Assembly (NCBI GenBank): GCA_043814015.1
Contig: JBDRKM010000157.1
Coordinates: 7,010-71,009, forward strand
DNA length: 64,000 nucleotides
Origin: Pseudomonadota bacterium
GTDB taxonomy: Bacteria; Myxococcota_A; UBA796; JAFGLY01
Reading direction: 5' to 3'
Positions 42,180 to 52,100 of the stretch are shown here, one piece after another; position 1 is the first letter of the stretch, and each line of letters opens with the position of its first letter. Both the position numbers and the translations under genes were made by a program. The notes under the pieces were generated by a model. That model searched no databases and was not told the origin of the DNA. It was given only the letters and a program-made list of their open reading frames with translations.

Positions 42180-42813
42180 CCTGCTGGTGTTCGCGGCCTT
42201 GCTCGGCGCCCTGGAGGCCCGGGCCGAAGTCCACTCCCACGGGCCCGTGCTGGGGTTCGAGGTGGGCAAGGCCGGCCTCGGGGACGAGGGCGCCACGGTC
42301 TTCGAGCCGGCCGGCTGGGGCAAGGGCCTGGTGCTCGGCTACCGCTACGACTGGCTCTCCGTCGAGGGGCACCTGGCCCAGGGCTATCACCTGGAGCCGC
42401 TGGACCCGCTCCTGGACGGAGACCTGACCCAGGGCAACCTGCGGATGACCACGCTGGGCCTGCGGTTCACGTTCCTGCGTCGCTTCTGGCTGGCCACGGC
42501 GTTCGCGGGCGCGACCCGGGCGAGCCTGCCCCTGCTGGTGGTGGACGACGCACTCTACCCCGGCGGCAACGTGACCCGCGACGATCTGCGGGGGGTCGGC
42601 CCCCTCGCCGGCGCGGGCCTGGGGTTGCCCATCCCGCGCACGACCCTGCAGGTGCTGGTGGAGGGCCGCATGGCGTGGTGCGCCTGGGAGCAGCCCCAGA
42701 CCTACATCTCCACGGTCGAGTCCACCGGCGGTGCCGTGACCTGGCAGACCAGCGTGGAGCCCCTGGCGCCCAGACCCTGGACCCTGAGCGTGGGCCTGCG
42801 GGCGGCGTTGTAG
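42169..42813 (+). CDS. Hypothetical small outer-membrane beta-barrel-like protein
   Basis: Signal ending ARA; LGYRY, LGLRF, terminal LSVGLRAAL. Confidence 0.65.
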   Translation: MAASLLVFAALLGALEARAEVHSHGPVLGFEVGKAGLGDEGATVFEPAGWGKGLVLGYRYDWLSVEGHLAQGYHLEPLDPLLDGDLTQGNLRMTTLGLRFTFLRRFWLATAFAGATRASLPLLVVDDALYPGGNVTRDDLRGVGPLAGAGLGLPIPRTTLQVLVEGRMAWCAWEQPQTYISTVESTGGAVTWQTSVEPLAPRPWTLSVGLRAAL

Positions 42814-42859
42814 CCCCGCGCGCCCGCGGCGCGCTACAGGCCCCGCCCCGGAGCCCCAC

Positions 42860-43516
42860 ATGACCCCCGCCGCCAAGGCCACCCGCATCGGCGCCGCGCT
42901 GGACGAGCTGTTCCCCCGCCCGGCCGTGCCCCTGCACCACACCGATCCCTTCACCCTGCTGGTGGCCACGATCCTCTCGGCCCAGACCACGGACAGGAAG
43001 GTCAACGAGGTCACGCCCGCGCTGTTCACCCGCGCGCCCACCCCCGCCGCGCTGGCGGCCCTGCCCGAGGCGGAGATCCACGCGCTCATCCGGGTGATCG
43101 GGCTGGCCAACGCCAAGGCACGGCACCTGCGGGCCATGGCCGCCCTGCTGGTGGCGCGCCACGGTGGAGAGGTGCCCCGCAGCTTCGCGGCGCTGGAGGC
43201 CCTGCCCGGGGTGGGCCACAAGACCGCGTCGGTGGTCATGGCCGGGGCGTTTGGCGAGCCGGCCTTCCCGGTGGACACCCACGTCCACCGCCTGGCCTGG
43301 CGCTGGGGGCTGTCGGACGGCAGGAGCGTGTCGCGGACCGAACACCACCTCGAGGCGCTCTTCCCCCCGGCCCGCTGGCACGCCGTGCACCTGCAGATGA
43401 TCTACTTCGGGCGGGAATACTGCCCGGCCCTGCGCCACGATTGGGCGGGCTGCCCCATCTGCGCCTGGGCCGGGGTGCCCGAGCGCCGTGAGGAGGAGGG
43501 ACGGAGAGGGCGCTGA
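42860..43516 (+). CDS. nth: Endonuclease III
   Basis: LLVATILSAQTTD, HhH LPGVGHKTASVV, PVDTHVHRL, FGREYC...CPIC. Confidence 0.95.
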   Translation: MTPAAKATRIGAALDELFPRPAVPLHHTDPFTLLVATILSAQTTDRKVNEVTPALFTRAPTPAALAALPEAEIHALIRVIGLANAKARHLRAMAALLVARHGGEVPRSFAALEALPGVGHKTASVVMAGAFGEPAFPVDTHVHRLAWRWGLSDGRSVSRTEHHLEALFPPARWHAVHLQMIYFGREYCPALRHDWAGCPICAWAGVPERREEEGRRGR

Positions 43517-43522
43517 CCGGGA

Positions 43523-43870
43523 TCAGGAGAGGTCCAGCGCGGCGCGGATGGCCTGCTCCACCCTGGCCACCAGCTCGGGCGGCAGTGTGCCCACGCGGCG
43601 GGTGAGCTTGTCCCGGTCGAGCGTGGTGAGCTGGTGGCACACCGCGACACCAGCACCTCGCAACCCGCCCGCGCCGTCCGGGAGCGCCACCACTGTGGGG
43701 CCGCGGCGCGCCTGCCGTGCCGAGGAGCTGAGTGGAACCACCGTGATGGAGCGCCAGCCAGGGACCCGCACGAAGCTGTCGTGGGAGATGATGAGCACGG
43801 GTCGCTCGCCGGAGATCTCCGCACCCGATCGGGGTTGGACGATGGCGATGTAGATGTCACCCCGCTTCAT
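43523..43870 (-). CDS. PemK/MazF family toxin
   Basis: MKRGDIY...GAEISGERPVLIIS...VVPLSS...CHQLTTLD. Confidence 0.9.
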   Translation of the reverse strand: MKRGDIYIAIVQPRSGAEISGERPVLIISHDSFVRVPGWRSITVVPLSSSARQARRGPTVVALPDGAGGLRGAGVAVCHQLTTLDRDKLTRRVGTLPPELVARVEQAIRAALDLS

Positions 43871-44118
43871 GGCTCGTCCGCAGCCATCAGGTGTTCGATC
43901 CCGGCCGCCTCGAGTTCGGAATCGAGGTCGCCGTACCCTCCGGCCTCGGCCTCGGCATAGGCCTGGATCTCCTGCGCGAGTCGCTGGCGGCGTTGGGCTT
44001 CGATCCAGGTGGAGAGCGCCTCGCGGACGAGCTCGGCTGCAGGTCGCCGCATGGCGCTGGCTTCAGCCTTGAGGGCGTCGTGCAGTGCCTCGGGCATTGG
44101 GACGTGGAAGGTTCTCAT
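43867..44118 (-). CDS. Ribbon-helix-helix antitoxin
   Basis: MRTFHVPMPEALHDALK...AELVREAL; acidic tail; ATGA overlap with the toxin. Confidence 0.8.
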   Translation of the reverse strand: MRTFHVPMPEALHDALKAEASAMRRPAAELVREALSTWIEAQRRQRLAQEIQAYAEAEAGGYGDLDSELEAAGIEHLMAADEP

Positions 44119-44134
44119 GGCGGTATCCGGGGTG

Positions 44135-44167
44135 ATGGCCATCATCATGGCCATAAAGCATGGCCAT
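44135..44167. promoter_or_regulatory. Three ATGGCCAT palindromes, probable TA operator
   Basis: ATGGCCAT at 44135, 44147 and 44160, directly upstream of the antitoxin start. Confidence 0.65.
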
Positions 44168-44505
44168 GATAGCGAGCAGGGGATGCGGCGGCAAGCGCTG
44201 TCCACGCCCCCTGTTCACCGGACATGCCCCGCAGCGGTACCAGCCACACCTCGTCCCCCTGCGCGTGCCAGGGCCGCGCGGCGGTCAGGGTGACCTCGTA
44301 GGGCCACCACCCCACGACAGCCACCCGATTCTGGACGCGATCGCGCCCTACCCGTCCAAGCCGCAGCGCGGGGCTGTGCCCGCAACCCAAAGTGATCGCG
44401 CTGGCCCCGCGCTGCTCCATTTTCTCGCGGGGGAGGGATGCCCTCCCCCGCACCGCTGGCGCGCCCCCTTCCCCGCGCCCTATTGGCGCGCGCGCCTGCG
44501 GCGCG

Positions 44506-44563
44506 TGAACTACTACTCGCGAAATCCTCTCGTGCCGCGCGGACTTTCGCGAGTAGTAGTTCA
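44506..44563. repeat. Perfect 19-bp inverted repeat at the valS stop (terminator or MITE-like)
   Basis: TGAACTACTACTCGCGAAA-20 nt-TTTCGCGAGTAGTAGTTCA. Confidence 0.8.
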
Positions 44564-47500
44564 GCCCAGCGCCCCCAGGCTCTCCAGGATGGCCTGCCGC
44601 TGGGCCTCGTAGCCCTCCTGGCGCTCGCGCTGCTGGGCCACGACCGCGGCGGGGGCGCGCTCCGTGAAGCTCGGGTTGGTGAGCTTCTTCTCGCAGATCC
44701 CAATCTCCTTCTCGACCCGCTCCAGCTCCTTGCGCAGGCGCTGGCGCTCGGCCTCGGCGTCGATGGCGTCGTGGACGAGCACCTCGATCTCGCCCACCAC
44801 CTTGGAGGCCATGCCGGGCAGACGGGCGGCCTCTGGGTCCACATGGAGCGCGGAGAGGTTCACCAGGTTGGCGATGAGGTGCCCCTGGGCGCGCAGATCG
44901 GCCACCAGGGCGGCAGGGCAGCGCAGGGTGACCTCCAGCGGCTGGCGCAGGGGGAGGTTCTGGGCGGAGCGGAACTCGCGCAGGCCGCCCACCAGAAGCT
45001 GGATCGCGCCGAACAGGGCGCGGGCTGGCTCGTCGCGCAGGCCGGGGCGGGCCTCGGGCCAGGGCGCCGAGATCAGCTCGGCGGCGGTGGGCGCGGTTGC
45101 CAGGCTGCCCAGACCGCGCACCGGGGCGCGCTCACCCAGCAGCTGCCAGAGGTGCTCGGTGATGTAGGGCACGAAGGGGTGCAAGAGGCGCAAGACCTGG
45201 TCCAGCGCGAAGGCCAGCACGGCCCGGGCCACGGCGGCGGAGCGGCCACCGGCGGTCAGGCGCGGCTTGATGATCTCCAGGTACCAGTCGCAGAGTTCGG
45301 CCCAGAAAAACTCACGGGCAGACGAGAGGGCGGCGCTGGGGTTGTAGTCCGCGAGCCCCCGCTGCACGCCCTCCACCGCCGCATCCAACCCGTGCAGCAG
45401 CCAGCGATCCTCCAGGGCGAGGTCAACGGCCGACACATCCGTGGCGGGGGCCTCCTCCAGGTTCAGGAAGGCGAAGCGGGCCGAGTTCCACAGCTTGGTG
45501 CAGAAGCCGCGGCCGATGTCGAAGCGCTCGGAGGTCAGCGTGGCCTTGGGCAGGTCGGGCAGGGTGCCGAGCACGTCGAACTCGGCGCCGCAGCCGCCCT
45601 CGCGGGGCCTGCCCTGCAGGGGCCGGCCGCAGAGGTAGGTGAAGATGCTGCCGCCGTGGCGGGTGTCGCCCAGATCGTTGCCGTGCCCGCACACCGGGCA
45701 GGTGGCGGTGACGGGCAGGCGGATGTCCTGCGTGCCGGTCTGCATGTCGCACAGCACGTAGCGCATGGCGTCGGTGCCGTAGGCCCCGATGACGTCCACC
45801 GGGTCGATGCCGTTGCCCTTGGACTTGGACATGCGCTCGCCCTTGCCGTCCAGGATGTTGGCGTGGATGAACACATCGCTGAAGGGGATGTCGCCGAGGC
45901 AATACAACCCCGCCAACACCATGCGCGCGACCCACAGGGTGATGATGTCGCGGCCGGTGACCAGGCAGGAGCCCGGATAATAGAAGTCGAGGGCGTCCGG
46001 GGCGGCGCCCTGGGCGGCCAGGGGGCGCTGGCCGGGCTCCACCGGGGCGCTGGCCGGATCGGGCCAGCCGAGGGTGGAGAAGGGCCACAGGGACGAGCTG
46101 AACCAGGTGTCCAGCACGTCCGGATCCTGCTGGAAGCCCTCGCTCTCCAGCAGCGCCAGCAGGGCGGGGTCGTCCTCCAGCAGGCAGATGTCGAGCACAC
46201 CGTCCTGGGCGTGCCAGGCCACGCGGGGATCGCCCTCGAGCATGTCGGCGATCTCGAGCACCTCGAGGCTGGCGGCCTGGCGGGTCCAGACGGGGATGCG
46301 GTGGCCCCACCAGAGCTGCCGGCTCACGGGCCAGTCGCGCTTCTCGGCGAGCCAATCGAGATACGTCTTGGTGTATCGCTGGGGGTGGATGGCCACACGC
46401 CCGTCAACCACGGCGTCCATGGCGGCCTGCACCAGGCCGGGGGAGCGGTGCTCCTTGCCCGTGCCGGCACCCATGAGGATACCGCCCTCCACATCGCCCA
46501 TGGTGATGAACCACTGGTCGGAGAGGTAGGGCTCGATGGGGGTCTTGGAGCGGTCGGAGTGGCCGATCTCGATCTCGCGGTCCTCGACGCGCTCCAGCAG
46601 GCCCTGGGCTTCGAGATCCGCCAGCACGCGCTCGCGGGCGACGAAGCGGTCGAGGCCCTGGTACGCGCCGGCGGCCTCGTTGAGGGTGCCGTCGGGGTTG
46701 AGGATGTTGATGACGCCGATCTGCTCGGGATGCCGCGTCCAGACAGCGTAATCGTTGGCGTCGTGGGCCGGGGTGATCTTGACGCAGCCGGTGCCGAGCT
46801 CGGGTTTGGCCCAGGCGTCGAGGATCAGGGGCATGGGGCGCTCCAGCAGGGGCAGGCGCACCATGCGGCCGTCCTGCGCCATGTCACGCAGCCGGACCAG
46901 CAGGGGCAGGACCTCGACCTCGCGGGCGCGCAGGCGAGCCAGCTCGGCCTCCAGGGCCGGACGGTCTCTCTCGCGGGCGGCGGCCAGCTCGGCCTCGGCC
47001 GCCGCGATGACCCGCGCGAGCTCGGCCTCGGGCGCGGGGTGGCAGGCCACGGCGGTGTCGCCCAGCATGGTCTCGGGGCGGGTGGTGGCCACCACCACGT
47101 GGGTGGGCTCCCCGGGCCGAGGATCGATCACGGGGTAGCGCATGTACCAGAAGTGACCCTGGACGGCCTCGTGGTAGACCTCGTCATCGGAGATGCTGGT
47201 CTGCAGGAAGGGATCCCAGTTGACCAGGCGCTTGCCGCGCACCACCAGACCATCTCTGAACAGCTTGAAGAACATGTGGCGCACGGCCCGCGCGCAGACC
47301 GGGTCCATGGTGAAGCGCTGGCGCTCCCAGTCGCAGGAGCAGCCCATGCGCTGCTGCTGGGCGATGATGCGGGCCTGGTACTGATCCTTCCACTGCCAGA
47401 TGCGATCCACCAGCCCCTCGCGGCCCAGATCGTGGCGGGTCTTGCCCTCCAGCTCCTTGAGACGCTTCTCCACCACGGCCTGGGTGGCGATGCCGGCGTG

Positions 47501-47764
47501 GTCGGTCCCGGGCATCCACAGGGTGTTGTCGCCCATCATGCGGTGCCAGCGGATCAGCAGATCCTGCATGACGTTGTCCATGGCGTGCCCCATGTGCAGC
47601 GCCCCCGTGACGTTGGGCAGCGGCATCATGATGACGTAGCGCCGGTCGCGCGGGCGCTCGTCGGGCAGGGCGGCGAAGGCGCCGCGCTGGAGCCACAGCT
47701 TGGTGATGGCGGGCTCTACGCCGGCGGGATCGTAGGTGCGGGGCAGGTCGCGGGTGGTGTCCAT
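44561..47764 (-). CDS. valS: Valine--tRNA ligase
   Basis: PNVTGALHMGH, PGTDHAGIATQ, ATTRPET, KITPAHD, SRQLWWGHRIP, DVLDTWFSS, RMSKSKGN, C-terminal coiled arm. Confidence 0.97.
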   Translation of the reverse strand: MDTTRDLPRTYDPAGVEPAITKLWLQRGAFAALPDERPRDRRYVIMMPLPNVTGALHMGHAMDNVMQDLLIRWHRMMGDNTLWMPGTDHAGIATQAVVEKRLKELEGKTRHDLGREGLVDRIWQWKDQYQARIIAQQQRMGCSCDWERQRFTMDPVCARAVRHMFFKLFRDGLVVRGKRLVNWDPFLQTSISDDEVYHEAVQGHFWYMRYPVIDPRPGEPTHVVVATTRPETMLGDTAVACHPAPEAELARVIAAAEAELAAARERDRPALEAELARLRAREVEVLPLLVRLRDMAQDGRMVRLPLLERPMPLILDAWAKPELGTGCVKITPAHDANDYAVWTRHPEQIGVINILNPDGTLNEAAGAYQGLDRFVARERVLADLEAQGLLERVEDREIEIGHSDRSKTPIEPYLSDQWFITMGDVEGGILMGAGTGKEHRSPGLVQAAMDAVVDGRVAIHPQRYTKTYLDWLAEKRDWPVSRQLWWGHRIPVWTRQAASLEVLEIADMLEGDPRVAWHAQDGVLDICLLEDDPALLALLESEGFQQDPDVLDTWFSSSLWPFSTLGWPDPASAPVEPGQRPLAAQGAAPDALDFYYPGSCLVTGRDIITLWVARMVLAGLYCLGDIPFSDVFIHANILDGKGERMSKSKGNGIDPVDVIGAYGTDAMRYVLCDMQTGTQDIRLPVTATCPVCGHGNDLGDTRHGGSIFTYLCGRPLQGRPREGGCGAEFDVLGTLPDLPKATLTSERFDIGRGFCTKLWNSARFAFLNLEEAPATDVSAVDLALEDRWLLHGLDAAVEGVQRGLADYNPSAALSSAREFFWAELCDWYLEIIKPRLTAGGRSAAVARAVLAFALDQVLRLLHPFVPYITEHLWQLLGERAPVRGLGSLATAPTAAELISAPWPEARPGLRDEPARALFGAIQLLVGGLREFRSAQNLPLRQPLEVTLRCPAALVADLRAQGHLIANLVNLSALHVDPEAARLPGMASKVVGEIEVLVHDAIDAEAERQRLRKELERVEKEIGICEKKLTNPSFTERAPAAVVAQQRERQEGYEAQRQAILESLGALG

Positions 47765-47916
47765 CGTGGTCCTCGGTCCCGAGGGGGAGGGGGCGAGCAT
47801 CTACGCCATGTGGGGGCCTTGATCAAGCCCGGAGGGAGCCATCTTCGGCGACATGCGAGGATGCGCGCCCGATCCCGGTGGGATAACGGGGCGCCCCTTG
47901 CGCCAGGAGGCCCCCC

Positions 47917-49122
47917 GTGAGCCCCGATCCCCGCCTGGCGGGTCGCATCTCCGAAGACCCCCGCTCGCCCGCCGCCACGCCGGTGGGCCCTTGCGTCGAC
48001 CGCGCCCAGCGCGAGAAGTTCGACAGCCTGGCGTTGCTCGCCGGGAGCGTGGCCCACGACTTCAACAACCTGCTGACCGCCATCCTCGGGCACGCCGAGC
48101 TGGCCATGATGCAGCTGCCCCAGGAGGCCGGCGCCCGGCACCAGGTGGAGCGCATCGCCGCGGGCGCGCGCCGCGCCGCCGACCTGGCCGCCTCCCTGCT
48201 CGCGTTCGCGGGTCGCGGGCCCGTGGTGCTGGAGCCGCTGGACCTCGGCCTGCTGGTGGAGGAGACCCTGCGCCTGCTCAAGGCCAGCAGCCCGGCGGTG
48301 GCGGCGGTGTCCCTGGGGGCCCGCCCGGGGCCCATGCCCGTCAAGGCCGACGGCGCCCAGCTGCGCCGCGCCCTGACCCTGCTGGTGGGCCACGCGCTGC
48401 GCGCCCGCGAGAGTGAGCCCGGCCCCGTGCTGGTGCAGTGCACGAACGGCAGGTTCGAACAGGATCAACTCGACGGCTGCCTGGTCGCCGCGGGCGGCCC
48501 CGGGCGCTACGCCTGCGTCGAGATCGTCGGGCCGGGCCCCGAACGCGGCGACCTGTGCGCCAGCTTCGTGCCCTACGCCACCGAGACGACGGACGCCCCG
48601 GCCCTGGGGCTGCCCTTCGTGCTGGGAGTGGCCAGGGCCCACGGCGGCGCGCTGTGTGTCCGGGGGAGCGTCGGCGTGGCCCTGCTCCTGCCCCTGGTGG
48701 AGGGCGCCTCGGTCGAGCCCGCGCTGCCCGAGCCGGCGGCAGCGTTGGCCCGGGAACGTTGTGTGTTGGTGGTGGACGACGAGGAGAGCGTGCGGGAGGT
48801 CATCCGCGAGATCCTCACCCGCGCGGGCTACCGCGTGCTGGTGGCGGCGGATGGCGCCGAGGCCCTGGAGATCTTCACGGCCCTGGAGGGCGAGATCCAC
48901 GGCGTGCTGCTGGATCTGACCATGCCGCGCATGAACGGGGTCGCCACCTTCCGCGCCCTGCGCGCTCGCGCCCCCCGGGTGCGGGTCCTGCTGATGAGCG
49001 GCTACTCGGAATCCGATTCCGTACAGCGTTTTGGGGAGGATGGGCTCTCCGGCTTCGTGCAGAAGCCCTTCGCGGCGCGCACCCTGCTGGCCGCGCTGGA
49101 GGCGGGGTTGGGGGGAGCCTGA
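47917..49122 (+). CDS. Hybrid HisKA-receiver protein with degenerate ATPase domain
   Basis: AHDFNNLL H-box; N/G boxes eroded; receiver VVDDE, LLDLTMP, MSG, KPF. Confidence 0.85.
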   Translation: MSPDPRLAGRISEDPRSPAATPVGPCVDRAQREKFDSLALLAGSVAHDFNNLLTAILGHAELAMMQLPQEAGARHQVERIAAGARRAADLAASLLAFAGRGPVVLEPLDLGLLVEETLRLLKASSPAVAAVSLGARPGPMPVKADGAQLRRALTLLVGHALRARESEPGPVLVQCTNGRFEQDQLDGCLVAAGGPGRYACVEIVGPGPERGDLCASFVPYATETTDAPALGLPFVLGVARAHGGALCVRGSVGVALLLPLVEGASVEPALPEPAAALARERCVLVVDDEESVREVIREILTRAGYRVLVAADGAEALEIFTALEGEIHGVLLDLTMPRMNGVATFRALRARAPRVRVLLMSGYSESDSVQRFGEDGLSGFVQKPFAARTLLAALEAGLGGA

Positions 49123-49174
49123 GCAACTCGGCGATGACGGCGGCCGGGGTCTTCGGGCTCCGGCCGCTCGTGCG

Positions 49175-52100
49175 TCAGGCCTGATCGAGCCAGGCGACCC
49201 ACCGCCCCACGGCCGCGGAGGCGGCCTGGCCGGTGCTCCTGGAGTCGGGCCAGGTGTTGGCGTCGATCTCCGCCCGGTAGGCCGCCAGCAGTCCTCGCAC
49301 ACCCTCGGCGTCGGCGGCCGTGGCGCCCCGAGACTCGGCCCAGGCGAGCAAGCGCTGCAGGGCGCGGGTGTAGACCGCCAGGGAGCTGGCCGCGAGGTCG
49401 TCGGAATCCGAGGTGCGCCAGGCATGGAAGGAGGCGCGCAGGTCGAGGCGCGGGCTGGAGGCGTCCAGGATGGGTGCGGCCGGGGCGGGTGAGCGTTGCA
49501 GCATGCCCAGCCGGGCCGGGGCCGGCGCGGGCGCCTCGACCGGGGCGCCCTCGGGATCGTCGTCTGGCTCGTCCAGCCCCTCGGGCTCGTCGGCCTCCAC
49601 CGGGTCGTCGTCCCGCACGCCGCCGCCGAAGCGCAGCAGATCCACCAGCTCGTTGGTGTCCAGCTTGGCCGCGGCGCCGGTGCCCTCCAGCAGGCCCTCC
49701 ACCAGGGCGCGCTTGCTGGCGTGAAGATCCAGGATGGCCTCCTCCACGGTGCCGCGGGAGACCATGCGGTAGACCGTGACCGGGTGCTCCTGGCCGATGC
49801 GGTGGGCGCGATCGGTGGCCTGGTCCTCCACGGCGGGGTTCCACCAGGGATCGAGGTGGAAGACATAGGTGGCGGCGGTCAGGTTGAGGCCGGTGCCGCC
49901 GGCCTTGAGCGAGATGAGGAAGACGTCGGCCTCGCCCCGCTGGAACGTGTCCACCTCGACCTGGCGGGCCTCGGCCGTGAGGCTGCCGTCGAGGTAGCGG
50001 CAGGTGACCCCATCGCGCTCCAGGGCGCGCCGCGCGCGGCCGAGCAGGGTGGTGAACTGGGAGAAGATCAGGGCACGGTGGCCGTTCTCCCTGAGCGCCG
50101 CGATGCGCTCACGCAGCACCTGCAGCTTGGTGGAGCGCAGCTTGCTCGTGGGATCCACCAGGCGCGGGTGGCAGGCGGCCTGGCGCAGGCGGGTGAGCGC
50201 GGCCAGCACCTGGATGCGGCCGGTGGTCTCGTCCAGCGGGCCGGCGGTGAGCCCCGCCAGGGCCGTGAGCCGCAGCTGCTCGTAGAAGGCCTTCTCCGCC
50301 GGGTCGAGATCCAGGGTGAGCTGGACCTCGGTGCGGGGGGGGAGATCCGGCTCCACCTCGCGCTTGAGGCGGCGCAGCACGAAGGGGCGCACCACGGCGG
50401 CCAGGGCGCGGCGGCGCTCGTCGTCCTGGTCGCGCTCGATGGGCACGGCGAAGCGGCTGCGGAAGTGGCCCCAGGAGCCGAGCAGGCCCGGGACGGCCAC
50501 CCGGAAGATGGACCACAGCTCGCTGGTGCGGTTCTCCACCGGGGTGCCGGTCAGGGCCAGGTGGAACTGGGCCTGGATGCGTTGGGCGGCGCGGGCGCGC
50601 AGGGTGTCGGGGTTCTTGATGGCCTGGGCCTCGTCCAGCACGAAGGTGGCGAAGGGCTGGGCGGCCAGGGCCTCCTCGTCCTTGGCCAGCAAGGTGTAGG
50701 AGGTGACCAGCACCTCGCCCGGGCCGAGGCCCACCAGGTGCCGCGCGCGGTCGGCGCCGCGGTGCAGGCGCAGGCGCAGGCCCGGGGTGAAGCGCTCGGC
50801 CTCGCGGATCCAGCCGAAGCCGACGGAGGTGGGGGCCACCACCAGGGCCGGGCCGAGCGGCGCGCGCTCCACCAGCAGCGCCAGGGCCTGGACGGTCTTG
50901 CCCAGGCCCATGTCGTCGGCCAGGCAGGCGCCGGGGCTCCAGGATGCGGTGCGCACCAACCAGCGGAAGGCGTCGGCCTGGTAGGGACGCAGCACCGGGA
51001 CGAGGCTGGCAGGCACGGCCGGATCGAGGTGCTGGGAGGCGCGCAGGCGCTCCAGCCAGCCACGCCAGGCGGAGGGGGCGTCCAGGCGCGCGCCCGCGGC
51101 CTCGAGATCCTCGACCACGGCCGAGGCCAACGGGGTGACCCGCAGGTTGCCGCGCACGACCTCGACGTGGTCGGAGAGGGGCCTCAGGCGCTCCAGGAAG
51201 GGCCGGGAGAGCTGCACCCAGGCCTGGCCGCTGGCGCGCACGAAGCGCCGGCCCTCCAGCACGGCCTGCATCACGTCGGCGAAGGGGACGCTGTGGCCGT
51301 CCACCTCGAGCTGGCCGCCCATGCCGAACCAGTCGCGCTGGGCGCCGACGCTGACGGACAGATCGGAGGGCTGGGCGCCGCGGGTGACCTTGGGGCGGGC
51401 GGCGCCGGCCCACTCCACGGGGCAGCGCTCCTCGCAGGCGCGCAGGGCGGCCAGGATTCCGAGGGCGGCCTCGGGATCGGTGATGTCCTGGACCAGGGCC
51501 CCGGGCTCGGGGACGGGGAGCTCGAGGGCGGCGAGCTGCGCGCGGGCCTCGGCCTCTTCGGCGTGCAACGCGCGCCGCACGATGCGGTAGCCCCCGGCGC
51601 GCAGGACCCAGACCTGCTCGGCGCCCTCGCCCGGGGAGAAGGCGGGGGCGTCCTCGGCGGGGCGCAGCAGGGCCTCCAGGCGCAGGGAGGCGTCGGGCTG
51701 GGCCTCCAGGCGCAAGACGAGGCGCGGCTCGGCGGGGACCTCCTCCAGCCCCAGGCTGGAGGAGAGGTCGAGGGAGACGCGCCCGGCCAGGGCGGGCAGG
51801 CGCGCCAGCAGGCCCGGGGCGGCCTCGGCGGGGAAGCGCTCGCCGCGGCGACCCAGCAGCTCCAGCAGTTTGCGGCCGTCGTCACCGACCTCCAGCACGG
51901 TGACGCGCTGCGCGGCCGCGTCCGCCAGCAGGAGGCGCCCGTCGGCCGCGCCCGCCAGGCGCTGGAGGAAGGCGGCGGCGCCGACAGGCTGCCCGCCCTG
52001 CACGGGCTGCAGCTCCAGGCCTCCGTCGTCGGTCTCGCGCAGGCGGAAGACCAGGGCCTCGCAGCGCACCTGCACGTGGACCGGGTTCTGGGCGCCCAGC

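Noticed and set aside
44175-44500. Small ORF or gene relic between the TA locus and valS
   Set aside because: No convincing start, RBS or recognisable motif.
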